Source of the DNA: a virus
Length of the DNA stretch: 64,000 bases
Reading direction: 5' to 3' (one strand)
IMG/VR virus record: IMGVR_UViG_3300025010_000008
A model generated the notes under the pieces. The model was not told the DNA's origin, ran no database searches, and saw nothing but the letters and a program-made list of their open reading frames with translations. The position numbers were made by a program, and so were the translations under genes. Position 1 is the first letter of the stretch. Every line of letters begins with the position of its first letter. This document shows, piece by piece, positions 8,901 through 17,367 of the stretch.

Positions 8901-11426
8901 AAGGAAGAAGAGTCACCGGAAGTAACCTTTGAGCACCTCTATAATGGGCAGTTTTTGGTTGCTCCGACTGGTGCAACAATGCCTTCCGGTTGGTCTATTG
9001 CAGGGGATGGTTCAGATGATGCTATTACAGCCATAGAGACACCAATCATGCAGGCACAAGGGAAAGCCCTTAGAATAGACTTACCGACGTTTGAAATAGC
9101 CGGATGGACGGCATTACAGTCTCAGACTTTTGCTGTCGAGGAAGGCGACAATCTGGAAGTTAGTTTTTACTATCGTAAGGGTGAGAATGAATCGTATGGT
9201 TTGCAAGTATCTCTTTACTATGTTGATGATGGTCCTTCAGTACACAGGACAGTAACAATACCTGCTCCTGCTTCGGCTTCTCCGGTAGTTGTTTTGTTCC
9301 CACCAAACCCGGCGGGATATACTGAAGCGTACTTACGAATATGGCCGGGATTTGACGATTCAAATTGGATTGAAAATTGTAGCGTCAAACCTGTTGTAAG
9401 TCTTAGTGGTGTGGTAAATCCTGCTTTTTCAGCAGAATTGGCAGGTTGGAATCGTTGGGGAACAGATATGCAGGGTGAAAGTATAAACGGATTAGGATCA
9501 AGCCTAGAAAGCAACCTTTTCCATTCAAGCCCGTATTGCTGCAAACTATATGTCGATAGGATAGCATGTAGATACGCGGAGGTAAGACAGACCATCACAT
9601 TAAACCAAGCAATACCAAAGAAAGTAAGTTTTAGTGCTTGGGGTGCAGGGGAAAGCATCATTGGTGGCGGCCTATTTTTCTTCGAGGTATGGGTGAAATA
9701 TATGGATGATACCAGCGAGTGGAACCCTTGCGGCGACAGTCAGAAGTGGCCTGGTGGTACATTCGGTTGGACGAAAATAGAATTCGAGTTTACCCCTCTG
9801 AAAGCGATTAAGGAAATTGATATTATCATCGACCTTGGCTGGGGTGGAACCGGTATAGCTTGGTTTGATGATGTTTCTGTTATCGAGGAGCAGGACATTC
9901 CCACGGTTGATGAAGTAGTTTTAACCGTGCCTTACACCGAACTAAACACTGAAACAGTTAAGCAGATAAAACTTACCGCGCAACTCAAAAATACCGGTAG
10001 TAATGTTGAGCAAAAAGGAATTGATGTTACATTCAGTGCTACCCCGGATATAGGTAGTTTTGAGGCCCTAGATACTAATTCTATCGGCAAGGCTAATGCG
10101 ATCTATACACTACCAGCCACGGCCAGCAAGGTTACAATCACTGCTACTTACGGTGCAAACAATGCCTCTGAAGTTGTTACTATCTACCCCCTGGTTCTTA
10201 AAAGCAGGCAGGAACCGGAGATAGGAAGTTTACCACAAAATGTTGACAGTTTAAACGTAGAAATACTTGTCCCGCGAGACAAAAAACCACTGCCGGACGT
10301 AACAGAAAGAATTGGCCGGTGGGAGGTTTTCCGACCAACCGTATATAACGCAAAACAGATGCTTGATTACGACATGCACTATTCACCGATAACCGATTGG
10401 GCGAATGTTAAGGCTGATGTTATAGCGAAATTATATCCGAGACTGTTTTTGTTCCATTACTTTGATGACCTATCAGGTTATCCAAACGAAACCGACTGGC
10501 AAGAAATCATGGCACAGCGTAAGGAATGGTATTGTGTCGATGCTACAGGTCTTTCCTCCCCGTTCGGCGATGGCCGGTACTACTACAACTGGCGCAATAT
10601 GGAGGCGGTTCAGTGGTATGTTAATAGGCTGATTCGGAACCACGCTACTTGGTCTGATGGCATCTATGTGGACGACTTCTGGGGTGAGAGCTATGGGACA
10701 CTTGTAGACTTTGAGTGGGGCGCAGAGGCAAGTCAACTGCTTAATTTCAGGACGGTCAGGGAGAGATTAGAGTCTAGCGCAAACAGGTTAAATCTACTCA
10801 GGGATGAATTGCACAGACGGGGAAAATACCTCACTACTAATTTCGGTCCAGCAAGAGAATTTGTTGACGGAACGCTTGCAGAGGATACAGAACTGTTGGC
10901 AATGCCGTTCGACGGGTATCTTCTGGAGTGCTGGCTGTACACCTGGACAATCAACCCGGAGGATATAACTGATAGCGGATTCGACCAAGCGTACGTGAAA
11001 AGTGAGATAGATTTCGTCAAATGGTGCGGTGACAACGGAAAATGGGTAGTTTGTTTAGCCCGGAGCAGTAGCGAACTTTGGCCAGCAAGGATGTTTAGCT
11101 TGGCTGCTTTTCTGATGGGTAAACATGCACACGCTTTTTACTGTCATTCCGACTGGGGGCCTAATACTTACGGAAGCAACTGGCATGAGCAGATGCAACC
11201 TGAATGTTTTATTGTTACAGGGCAACCGTTGGAGTCTTACCAACTAAATAATGGTCTATTCTCCCGCCGTTTTGAAAATTGTGTTGCTTTGCTAAATATG
11301 AATGACTTAGCTCAGGATTATGCGCTGCCTGCTGGGACTTGGTACACAATGCGGGGGGATAGCTATAGCGGGACCATATCGGTAGTCAGACGGCAGGGGT
11401 TGGTATTAGTCAAAGAAAGACCGTAG
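5931..11426 (+). CDS. Giant tail fibre/receptor-binding protein with CBM-like repeats and a C-terminal glycosidase-like domain
   Basis: 1831 aa. It has repeated N-G-x-F-E / G-W segments (about 8460-9900) that resemble carbohydrate-binding jelly-rolls and an FN3-like stretch (about 7370-7560). The C-terminal ~500 aa is rich in W/Y/D, as in polysaccharide hydrolases. Confidence 0.6.
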   Translation: MANLIDNPLLLISTPDILQVMDSEGNFPYDPADHCYAAGGCDALGGNGITPDNYWALGGPDYGTFLAAGGVWDEKQTPDGGKSILLDIADPLVAQSGGITQVIAINQTEVKPIRISAYVAAEGCTGNPKVTIGFIGHPPGWPAVGGGDLVFDAGTYDFTYKKKTFIPSRPVKYLFLHLLHRGFSAGKAWYGSFTLEELAVNPVELPTDNCIVNPNFFYSGDDITPTGWDITDAIMIEEINPLGTISMLLQRNSSLLQKNICIDNGLLKQKITVYAMSQGVAIFRVKITLLDRYRRAIGEKIVSVQATSTWRATDIYVLSTAFSEKADIEITNVDGDAGYIGGVLLVSQAFTPSKIVDVSATTNTVTIPAASADTTAVIPVGATANPNHIEFDIGTTNSTVYVTDGLMGDFAAAAVHEPFTMLKKAAMTQLSGTEYTLYPWPTGISGIEIDGQEIDQLLRIPHVVHPDNWLVTDGGSIPAGETRYYCVTAITGSGETDRSNEVRAITGAGTNTNRVPIEITPVEGATAYRIYMTQHEDTDQPWEYSVAGVKKLVWNDEQNHLVAEVTAAQLQTAGYVVYDTGAALSAGYPPITNTAERWTVDDVNEKIVFDAASTPTGTVQAVYSVTENQNSIIYLPHADKFYIAGDAGIYESGVFTPGQATLTTEVLDVVALSYFGELWYMTAAGDVKNLTGTTYPGDVGFVAFCFVDAAHIARITAAGAVKIFDLAGVITSQFTLTGITDCQGLASYFDKLVTYDNQQNKFIVFDQQGNILQSIDTPIIGATAWNISGINLVVLTSFTVAVFRIHAQNYFSKLDKEYYLGNNPQQPSITRIKLPGEVTEPTPPELLPNGTFEDGTTFPAGFSIYGPSEIATSFSTEIAIPGTKALTFTFPSASWKSINKYGIPVIGGRQYSFSIHVKATANSNGLLGIQFVDKDGSGDETFLTVPYTTEYTIYQAIYQAPIDAVTVEFRYLCYGSDAQGITYFLNALSLKEEESPEVTFEHLYNGQFLVAPTGATMPSGWSIAGDGSDDAITAIETPIMQAQGKALRIDLPTFEIAGWTALQSQTFAVEEGDNLEVSFYYRKGENESYGLQVSLYYVDDGPSVHRTVTIPAPASASPVVVLFPPNPAGYTEAYLRIWPGFDDSNWIENCSVKPVVSLSGVVNPAFSAELAGWNRWGTDMQGESINGLGSSLESNLFHSSPYCCKLYVDRIACRYAEVRQTITLNQAIPKKVSFSAWGAGESIIGGGLFFFEVWVKYMDDTSEWNPCGDSQKWPGGTFGWTKIEFEFTPLKAIKEIDIIIDLGWGGTGIAWFDDVSVIEEQDIPTVDEVVLTVPYTELNTETVKQIKLTAQLKNTGSNVEQKGIDVTFSATPDIGSFEALDTNSIGKANAIYTLPATASKVTITATYGANNASEVVTIYPLVLKSRQEPEIGSLPQNVDSLNVEILVPRDKKPLPDVTERIGRWEVFRPTVYNAKQMLDYDMHYSPITDWANVKADVIAKLYPRLFLFHYFDDLSGYPNETDWQEIMAQRKEWYCVDATGLSSPFGDGRYYYNWRNMEAVQWYVNRLIRNHATWSDGIYVDDFWGESYGTLVDFEWGAEASQLLNFRTVRERLESSANRLNLLRDELHRRGKYLTTNFGPAREFVDGTLAEDTELLAMPFDGYLLECWLYTWTINPEDITDSGFDQAYVKSEIDFVKWCGDNGKWVVCLARSSSELWPARMFSLAAFLMGKHAHAFYCHSDWGPNTYGSNWHEQMQPECFIVTGQPLESYQLNNGLFSRRFENCVALLNMNDLAQDYALPAGTWYTMRGDSYSGTISVVRRQGLVLVKERP

Positions 11427-11435
11427 GAGGTATTT

Positions 11436-14048
11436 ATGGCGAGTTTAATTTTATCAGAAGCAAGCGGACAGACGATCTATAAGGTCTACGTGCAGCCAGG
11501 CAAGGAATATCTGCTGTACGGAAAAGTTATTACCGTCGGTGCATCGAAATATTCAATCAGAGAGGTTAGTGTTACCGGGCAGGTTATTAGTAATACAGAG
11601 ATAATTATATCCGACACGGACGGCTTGCATGAATTCAGCAGGGTTTTTGACAGCTCAAATGCGACTATTATGTTGATTATCGCACTGACCAACACAGAAG
11701 TCCTTGAACTGTCTCTGGACGGTCCGCAGGGGATCGTATATGTGACCAATCCTATATCGAATATATTAAAGCACATCAGCCAGTTTGATGTGCTTATTTC
11801 GTACCTTGATAGAGTTTTTGAGGTTAAGATATCGAAAAAACTAAACGGGGATAACCGCCTCACCTTCAACCTGCCTTTGGATGACGAAAAAGGGCAGGAG
11901 ATTATCAATGAAAATTTCATCGAGTGTAAAGGTCAAAAATACATCGTCAAAATAGCTAAGGATTCTATTACAAATGACGGTCAGAAAATAAAGATAATTG
12001 AAGCAGAGCATGTCGGCCTTGGCCTACTTGATTATTGGCTGCCTGATACATTAGACATGCCTTCTGTTTCTCCTGTGGTAGCTCTGGAGGCTATTCTGGC
12101 AGATACCCCTTATACCGTAGGAACGGTCAATGTAACAGGCGTAAACGACCTTGAAATTGAGATTATCAACAAGCTTAAGGCAGTTAAAACCGTCCAAGAG
12201 CTTTGGGGCGGTGAACTGTATTTTGACAACTACACGGTCAACCTGGTGCAACAGATGGGTCAAGATAACGGCGTACAGTTTCGCAAAGGCAAAAACCTAG
12301 ACAAGATAATCAGAACACTTGACACAAACAGTTTGACAACTAAAATGTTCGGGTACGGCAAAGACAACCTGATTATCACTGGCCTGGACACTACGGGGTG
12401 GACAGAGGAACAAAAAGCTGGTTTGGTCATCGGTGAGGATAACAAAATAGCACAGCCATACCTAACCAGCCAATATATCGGAAATTATGCCCGCGAACAT
12501 CAAGGGGAGTTTAGGAACTCAGATATTGACGATCAGCAAAAACTCCTTGATGCTATGCGAAAAGCCATAACAGAGCAGGAGATACCGAGAGTTACCTATG
12601 AGACAGACGTTATTAACCTATCAGGTTTAGCGCAGTACATCGGTGAGGGATTCGACATAGGTGATACGGTTAAGGTATTTGATGAACTCATAAACGCTGA
12701 TGTGAAAGCTAGGGTTGTCGAATACGAGGAATACCCAAAAGAACCTTGGCGGGATAAAGCTGTGTTAGATAATTTTACCCAAAACCTGCACGACTATCTA
12801 ACGAGTTTAAGTGATATGAAAGAAGCTTATGACAAGGCGTTTACTGGCGGCAAAGTCTCAACTGCCTGGTTAGAAGGTATAATAAATGTCCTTAAAAACG
12901 AACTTATCTCTGAGACTGCACACGTCTATATAACTGATACAGATGGTATTCTGGTTACAAACGGTGATGAAACAAAAGCTTTGTCACTTAAAGGTGGTAT
13001 TTTCGGCATAGCTAATAGTAAAACCGGCGGCAATTGGGACTGGCGTACCTTCGGTACCGGTGATGGGTTTACTGCTGACTGTATGGTATCGGGTAAAATA
13101 CTCACTTCTCTCGTGGAAATAGTTGGGGAAGTCGTAGACGGCGCGAATAAATTCTATTGGGATGCTACGGGGTTGTATGCAGTCGATCCAGCCAACGCGA
13201 ACCGTTATATGAAGTTCAGTAAGGAAGGGCTCCGAGGTTATGTTGATGGTGTTTTGAGGATGCACCTGGGGCCGTATGCGAGTAATAAGTTTGGATTAAA
13301 ATTAGTTGCTCCGGACGGAGTAACAACCATTCTGGATGAAGATGGGATTTTGCAGACCTGGCAGGAAGGCCGGGCCGATAATGTTGATGCTAGTCACCCG
13401 CTGGTGCTGTCGGTTTATTTGCCGGAGGAAACGAAATCTGTTTATAAAGCTATTTTGCGGTTTAAGCTACAGGGGTTTAGATCATACTCTAAATCGGCGG
13501 CATCAGGCGGTGGAAGTACGTCTGGGTCTAGTAGTGCGACTACTACTGCGAGCGGTGGTAACACTACACCAACTAGCCAGACTTCTGATCTCTGGGACTT
13601 AGATAGTATGTATGTACCAAATGCAGTATCTGACAGGGACGATCATAATCACGGCATACCAAACAGTACTACACTGCTGGTAAGTGGTGGTGATACTGTT
13701 GACTTCGTGGAATCCGGTGGGCATACTCATGCTCTTACAGCAGACCATCGGCATGATGTGACTATTCCAAGCCATACGCACGGGATGAGTCATACGCACA
13801 GTACTCCTAATCACGAACACAATATAACCTATGGGATTTATACCGACACCTCCGCTACAGGAGCAACCGTAATAATTAACGGAGTTGATCGGACGTCGGT
13901 ACTTGGGGGTCCGTTTAGTAGCGACCAAGCTAATTTAAGCATAGCAGCGTATTTGTCAGCCGGCCAATGGAACACTATTCAGTTAGGTAGTAGCCAATTA
14001 GGGCGAATTGACGCAACTGTATTTTTGCAAGCGAAAATGGGAATTTAG
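11436..14048 (+). CDS. Tail-associated lysin-like / phage minor structural protein (Tal-like) with His-box tip
   Basis: 870 aa. The N-terminal region (KLNGDNRLTFNLPLDDEKG...KGQKYIVK) resembles the prophage tail endopeptidase family. The C-terminus carries HxH repeats. Confidence 0.7.
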   Translation: MASLILSEASGQTIYKVYVQPGKEYLLYGKVITVGASKYSIREVSVTGQVISNTEIIISDTDGLHEFSRVFDSSNATIMLIIALTNTEVLELSLDGPQGIVYVTNPISNILKHISQFDVLISYLDRVFEVKISKKLNGDNRLTFNLPLDDEKGQEIINENFIECKGQKYIVKIAKDSITNDGQKIKIIEAEHVGLGLLDYWLPDTLDMPSVSPVVALEAILADTPYTVGTVNVTGVNDLEIEIINKLKAVKTVQELWGGELYFDNYTVNLVQQMGQDNGVQFRKGKNLDKIIRTLDTNSLTTKMFGYGKDNLIITGLDTTGWTEEQKAGLVIGEDNKIAQPYLTSQYIGNYAREHQGEFRNSDIDDQQKLLDAMRKAITEQEIPRVTYETDVINLSGLAQYIGEGFDIGDTVKVFDELINADVKARVVEYEEYPKEPWRDKAVLDNFTQNLHDYLTSLSDMKEAYDKAFTGGKVSTAWLEGIINVLKNELISETAHVYITDTDGILVTNGDETKALSLKGGIFGIANSKTGGNWDWRTFGTGDGFTADCMVSGKILTSLVEIVGEVVDGANKFYWDATGLYAVDPANANRYMKFSKEGLRGYVDGVLRMHLGPYASNKFGLKLVAPDGVTTILDEDGILQTWQEGRADNVDASHPLVLSVYLPEETKSVYKAILRFKLQGFRSYSKSAASGGGSTSGSSSATTTASGGNTTPTSQTSDLWDLDSMYVPNAVSDRDDHNHGIPNSTTLLVSGGDTVDFVESGGHTHALTADHRHDVTIPSHTHGMSHTHSTPNHEHNITYGIYTDTSATGATVIINGVDRTSVLGGPFSSDQANLSIAAYLSAGQWNTIQLGSSQLGRIDATVFLQAKMGI

Positions 14049-14058
14049 GAGGCTTGTT

Positions 14059-14265
14059 ATGCGTAAAAAAATGAAAGTTACAGCTAAGAGGAACGGGGAT
14101 AAGTTTGAGATAGCTTATCAAATGGATGACACGCAACTCCAAGAACGACTTGAGCGCATAAATAATAAAATCAATGGAATTAAAAGGTCCATTGATTTAT
14201 ATAACGATCAACTTGAATTTTTAGGTGCAGAAAAGGAGCAAATCGAGTTGCTGCTGAAAGATTAA
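14059..14265 (+). CDS. Hypothetical small coiled-coil protein
   Basis: RBS aggagg at 14047-14052, ATG at 14059, 68 aa. Confidence 0.5.
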   Translation: MRKKMKVTAKRNGDKFEIAYQMDDTQLQERLERINNKINGIKRSIDLYNDQLEFLGAEKEQIELLLKD

Positions 14266-14756
14266 AAATTATTCAAGATATCTTTATGGATGTATAAGCT
14301 ATCATCGACGGTTTGATATTCAGAATTGGATAACTCAATAGACTTACCGTCTTTTGATAATTTTATACTACCCCCTTTTCTTGGATCTATAATGGTTATT
14401 GAAATCCCATATTTATCATGCAATTCTTTGGCCGAGATTAGATTTAAGTCTATTGTTTCTGTTTGTGGTTCTGCTGATGATTTTGGTGGATTCTTTACCG
14501 CAGGTAAATCACTCTGCACCTGTGCCTGACTCGTAACAACAACCGCATTCTCCACCCCGTCCCAATCGACACTTGCGCCAAGAGCTTCAGCAAGTGCGCG
14601 GGCCGGTACTAATGTCCTGCCGTCTATGATCTGCGGCGGCACATCGGGGTGGATTTCGCTGCCGTTTACGATTAGTTTTATGGGGTTAGCGGCAAAGACA
14701 AAAGAACTGGTGGCTAGGATTAGACCTGCGGCAAGACCGGCGATAAATTTTTTCAT
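14262..14756 (-). CDS. Secreted protein with copper amine oxidase N-terminal-type (wall-binding-like) domain
   Basis: Signal peptide MKKFIAGLAAGLILATSSFVFA. Motif IDGRTLVPARALAEALGASVDWDG. RBS aggaggt upstream on the minus strand. Confidence 0.7.
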   Translation of the reverse strand: MKKFIAGLAAGLILATSSFVFAANPIKLIVNGSEIHPDVPPQIIDGRTLVPARALAEALGASVDWDGVENAVVVTSQAQVQSDLPAVKNPPKSSAEPQTETIDLNLISAKELHDKYGISITIIDPRKGGSIKLSKDGKSIELSNSEYQTVDDSLYIHKDILNNF

Positions 14757-14796
14757 GGAAAGACCTCCTTTTATTCTATTATAATAACCAGAAAGG

Positions 14797-15027
14797 ATGA
14801 TTACAATGACATTAGAACGACGTGTTGAGCAGCTCGAAAAAGAGGTGGCTGAGCTGAAAAGACAAGCTCAGCCGGAAACTATTCAAGAAATGCCTCCAGA
14901 AAATCAGGCAGGCACAGAAGCCGAGCCCCAAAAAGATCCTTTTGTCTGGATGGCAGAATCAATTGTCGATGTACAAAAACGTGTTAAAGAGCTAGAGGAT
15001 GTATTAGCGAATTCCTCTAGCTCTTAA
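14797..15027 (+). CDS. Hypothetical coiled-coil protein
   Basis: 76-aa ORF. The LERRVEQLEKEVAELK heptads are the only content. Confidence 0.4.
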   Translation: MITMTLERRVEQLEKEVAELKRQAQPETIQEMPPENQAGTEAEPQKDPFVWMAESIVDVQKRVKELEDVLANSSSS

Positions 15028-15213
15028 TTCTCTCTCAATTTTCTGACTAACTATTTTATAAATTTCATCTTTATCAATTGCATTAATTGCTGCTACTACT
15101 AGTTTTCTAACAATTTCTAGCATTTCCTGTGATGTAGTCTCGTCTGTTACTTTAATGTTTAATCTTTCTATGAGTCTGTCTACATCTCTCTCGTTAATTA
15201 ACAAAGCGTTCAC
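15004..15213 (-). CDS. Hypothetical small protein
   Basis: 69-aa minus-strand ORF with RBS gggaggtg before the ATG at 15213. Confidence 0.45.
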   Translation of the reverse strand: MNALLINERDVDRLIERLNIKVTDETTSQEMLEIVRKLVVAAINAIDKDEIYKIVSQKIERELRARGIR

Positions 15214-15559
15214 CTCCCTTCTCTCGAAAATTAGTCACGGCAATGCTATTATTCGACAGTCAGGAGGTGTTTCCTTTGTAAAAGAATGTCGAAATATGGC
15301 AGTAAAAATTATTCCACGTGGAATATTTCATGCATACAAAATGTATACAAGTATACCTATGTAAACCTCAGTAAAATCAAGGCTCGAAAGTATACCTCTT
15401 CGGAGGTTATTTTTATACCAATTTTCCCGCTCAGAAAGCGAGTCGACACGCTAGGCGCTCACCTCCGGCGCCTACCTGAGCGGGTTTAATTTTATCAACT
15501 CACCTCAATTTAGGGGTGAGTGTTTTTATGGAGGAAAATAAAATTGTGGAGGAAGAAAT

Positions 15560-16246
15560 ATGAATGAATTGGTAGTTATTAAAGCCAATGATGTTTTTAC
15601 GAATAGTTGGATTATCGCTGAAAACATTGGCAGGGAACATGCAAGCGTTACCTATAATATCAGGAAATACGAAAAAGATTTACTTGACCTGGGATCCCTT
15701 AATTTTAGTTCGAGTGGGGCTAGAACTAAAGAAACACGCGGGCAGGAAAGAAAGATATATGAACTAAACGAACAACAGGCTATATTTTTTATGACGCTTC
15801 TTAGTAATAGCCCAATTGTACTCGAATTCAAAAAAGCGCTTGCCCGTGAATTTGTTAGAATGAGAAGATTCATCCTTGAACGCCAAACCGCTGAATGGCA
15901 GCATTCTAGATTGACAGGAAAGAAGGTTCGCAGGGATGAAACCGATATTATTATGACAAAACTCATACCTCTTGCAGAATCACAGGGAAGTAAAAATGCT
16001 GGCAAACTATATATGAACTATTCAAAACTGGTTAACGCCACTCTGGGCATAGAAGTTGGGAAAAGGGATAAACTTCCCTTGGCTTATGTAGATGCCATTA
16101 GATTTCTTGAGCGAGCTATTGAAAATATAATCTCTATCGAAGTGGACAAGGAGACGCACTACAAGGAGATATATCAAGTATGTAAGGCGAAATGTCAAAT
16201 TATAAAAGATTTGGCCTTCTTGCCTTCGCTTAAAATGATTTCATAA
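15560..16246 (+). CDS. rha: Rha-family phage regulatory protein
   Basis: The N-terminus NDVFTNSWIIAENIGREHASVTYNIRKYEKDL matches the Rha pattern (xxSxxIAExxxxxHxxVxxxI). RBS ggaggaag. Confidence 0.65.
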   Translation: MNELVVIKANDVFTNSWIIAENIGREHASVTYNIRKYEKDLLDLGSLNFSSSGARTKETRGQERKIYELNEQQAIFFMTLLSNSPIVLEFKKALAREFVRMRRFILERQTAEWQHSRLTGKKVRRDETDIIMTKLIPLAESQGSKNAGKLYMNYSKLVNATLGIEVGKRDKLPLAYVDAIRFLERAIENIISIEVDKETHYKEIYQVCKAKCQIIKDLAFLPSLKMIS

Positions 16247-16300
16247 TAAGCACTCTCATGGGGGGTGTTTTTATTTTATTTGGTTACCGGAGGTGGGGGA

Positions 16301-16516
16301 GTGGATACAGAGCAGGAAATTATGTATTTACGGGGGGAGGTGGCCCGACTGGGAGCCGACATGGCAAACTTGACTGGCTGGCAGCACACACAGAACGGCA
16401 CAATTGACCGGGTTGCCGCCCGTGTGGACAAGCTGCAGTATTGGATCATGGGATTGTTAGGGACATCGGTTATGTCTCTATTTTTGCTAGTTGCAAATTT
16501 AGTAGCTAAGAATTGA
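16301..16516 (+). CDS. XhlA-like lysis-associated membrane protein
   Basis: GTG at 16301 after RBS ggaggtggggga. A coiled-coil is followed by a single C-terminal TM segment (IMGLLGTSVMSLFLLVANLV). Confidence 0.5.
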   Translation: MDTEQEIMYLRGEVARLGADMANLTGWQHTQNGTIDRVAARVDKLQYWIMGLLGTSVMSLFLLVANLVAKN

Positions 16517-16526
16517 GGTGTAAGAC

Positions 16527-16739
16527 ATGAAACGAGAATTCACTAAGATGGACTGGTTTTTCGCTATCTGCATGGCTGCTTGCTTGCTGGCTTACCTGTA
16601 TAGTTGTCTGACCGGAAAACCAATTGAGCAGATCAAGGACATGATGCAGTATTTCGGCGTTGGTCTTGGGTTAACTGCTGGTAAGATTGTTATTAATAAT
16701 TTGGGTGGAGGGGAAAAAGATGCAGATAAAACCGTTTAA
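16527..16739 (+). CDS. Holin (two TM segments)
   Basis: 70 aa with two hydrophobic helices. It lies immediately upstream of, and overlaps, the endolysin gene. Confidence 0.6.
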   Translation: MKREFTKMDWFFAICMAACLLAYLYSCLTGKPIEQIKDMMQYFGVGLGLTAGKIVINNLGGGEKDADKTV

Positions 16740-17316
16740 TTGGGGCGACAGGGTAAAGCATTTCATTCCGCTCAAAGTAGTTAACTATCTAGTTATACAC
16801 CATACCGAAAGCCCGGACGTGCCTGCAACGACAGTTGACCAGTGGCACAAAAACAAAGGATGGCTGGGTATCGGGTATCATTTTCTTATTCGTGCTGACG
16901 GTAGTATTGAACAAGGCAGGCCCGAGAATGTTGTCGGGGCGCATACGCTAAACTATAATAGTCAATCAATAGGTATTTGCTTGACGGGTAAGTTTATGAC
17001 TAACAAGCCTGCTACTGCTCAGATGGACGCTCTGGAGGAATTATTGACAGCCCTCCGGGGCAGGCACCCACAAGCTAAAACAGTACGGCACAAAGACCTA
17101 CAAGCTACGTCCTGTCCTGGTGTTTTATTTCCTTGGCAGGAGCTATTGGACAGGCTTAACCGGCCCGCTGATGCCGTAACCATTATAGTTAGAGACAAGA
17201 AACTCGCCGGTAAATTGATTGATGGACAGACATGGATTCCGCTGCGGGCTGTCCTGGAGGCTTTGGGGCACAAGGTTACCTGGGACGGAATTGCCCGAAA
17301 AGTTACAGTTGAATAG
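16720..17316 (+). CDS. Endolysin: N-acetylmuramoyl-L-alanine amidase (Amidase_2/PGRP) with C-terminal wall-binding-like module
   Basis: Motifs VIHHTESPD, GYHFLIRADGSIEQGRP and HKDLQATSCPG. The C-terminus IDGQTWIPLRAVLEALGHKVTWDG matches the module in 14262-14756. Confidence 0.9.
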   Translation: MQIKPFNWGDRVKHFIPLKVVNYLVIHHTESPDVPATTVDQWHKNKGWLGIGYHFLIRADGSIEQGRPENVVGAHTLNYNSQSIGICLTGKFMTNKPATAQMDALEELLTALRGRHPQAKTVRHKDLQATSCPGVLFPWQELLDRLNRPADAVTIIVRDKKLAGKLIDGQTWIPLRAVLEALGHKVTWDGIARKVTVE

Positions 17317-17325
17317 TTTTTATCG

Positions 17326-17355
17326 AAGCCCTGCCCTTATGGCGGGGCTTTTCTT
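17326..17355 (+). terminator. Rho-independent terminator after the lysis cassette
   Basis: 10-bp stem AAGCCCTGCC/GGCGGGGCTT followed by TTCTT. Confidence 0.7.
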
Positions 17356-17367
17356 GGAGGTGAAACA

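Noticed and set aside
5931-14048. A diversity-generating retroelement targeting the fibre genes.
   Set aside because: There is no reverse transcriptase gene, and I noticed no template/variable repeat pair anywhere in the window.
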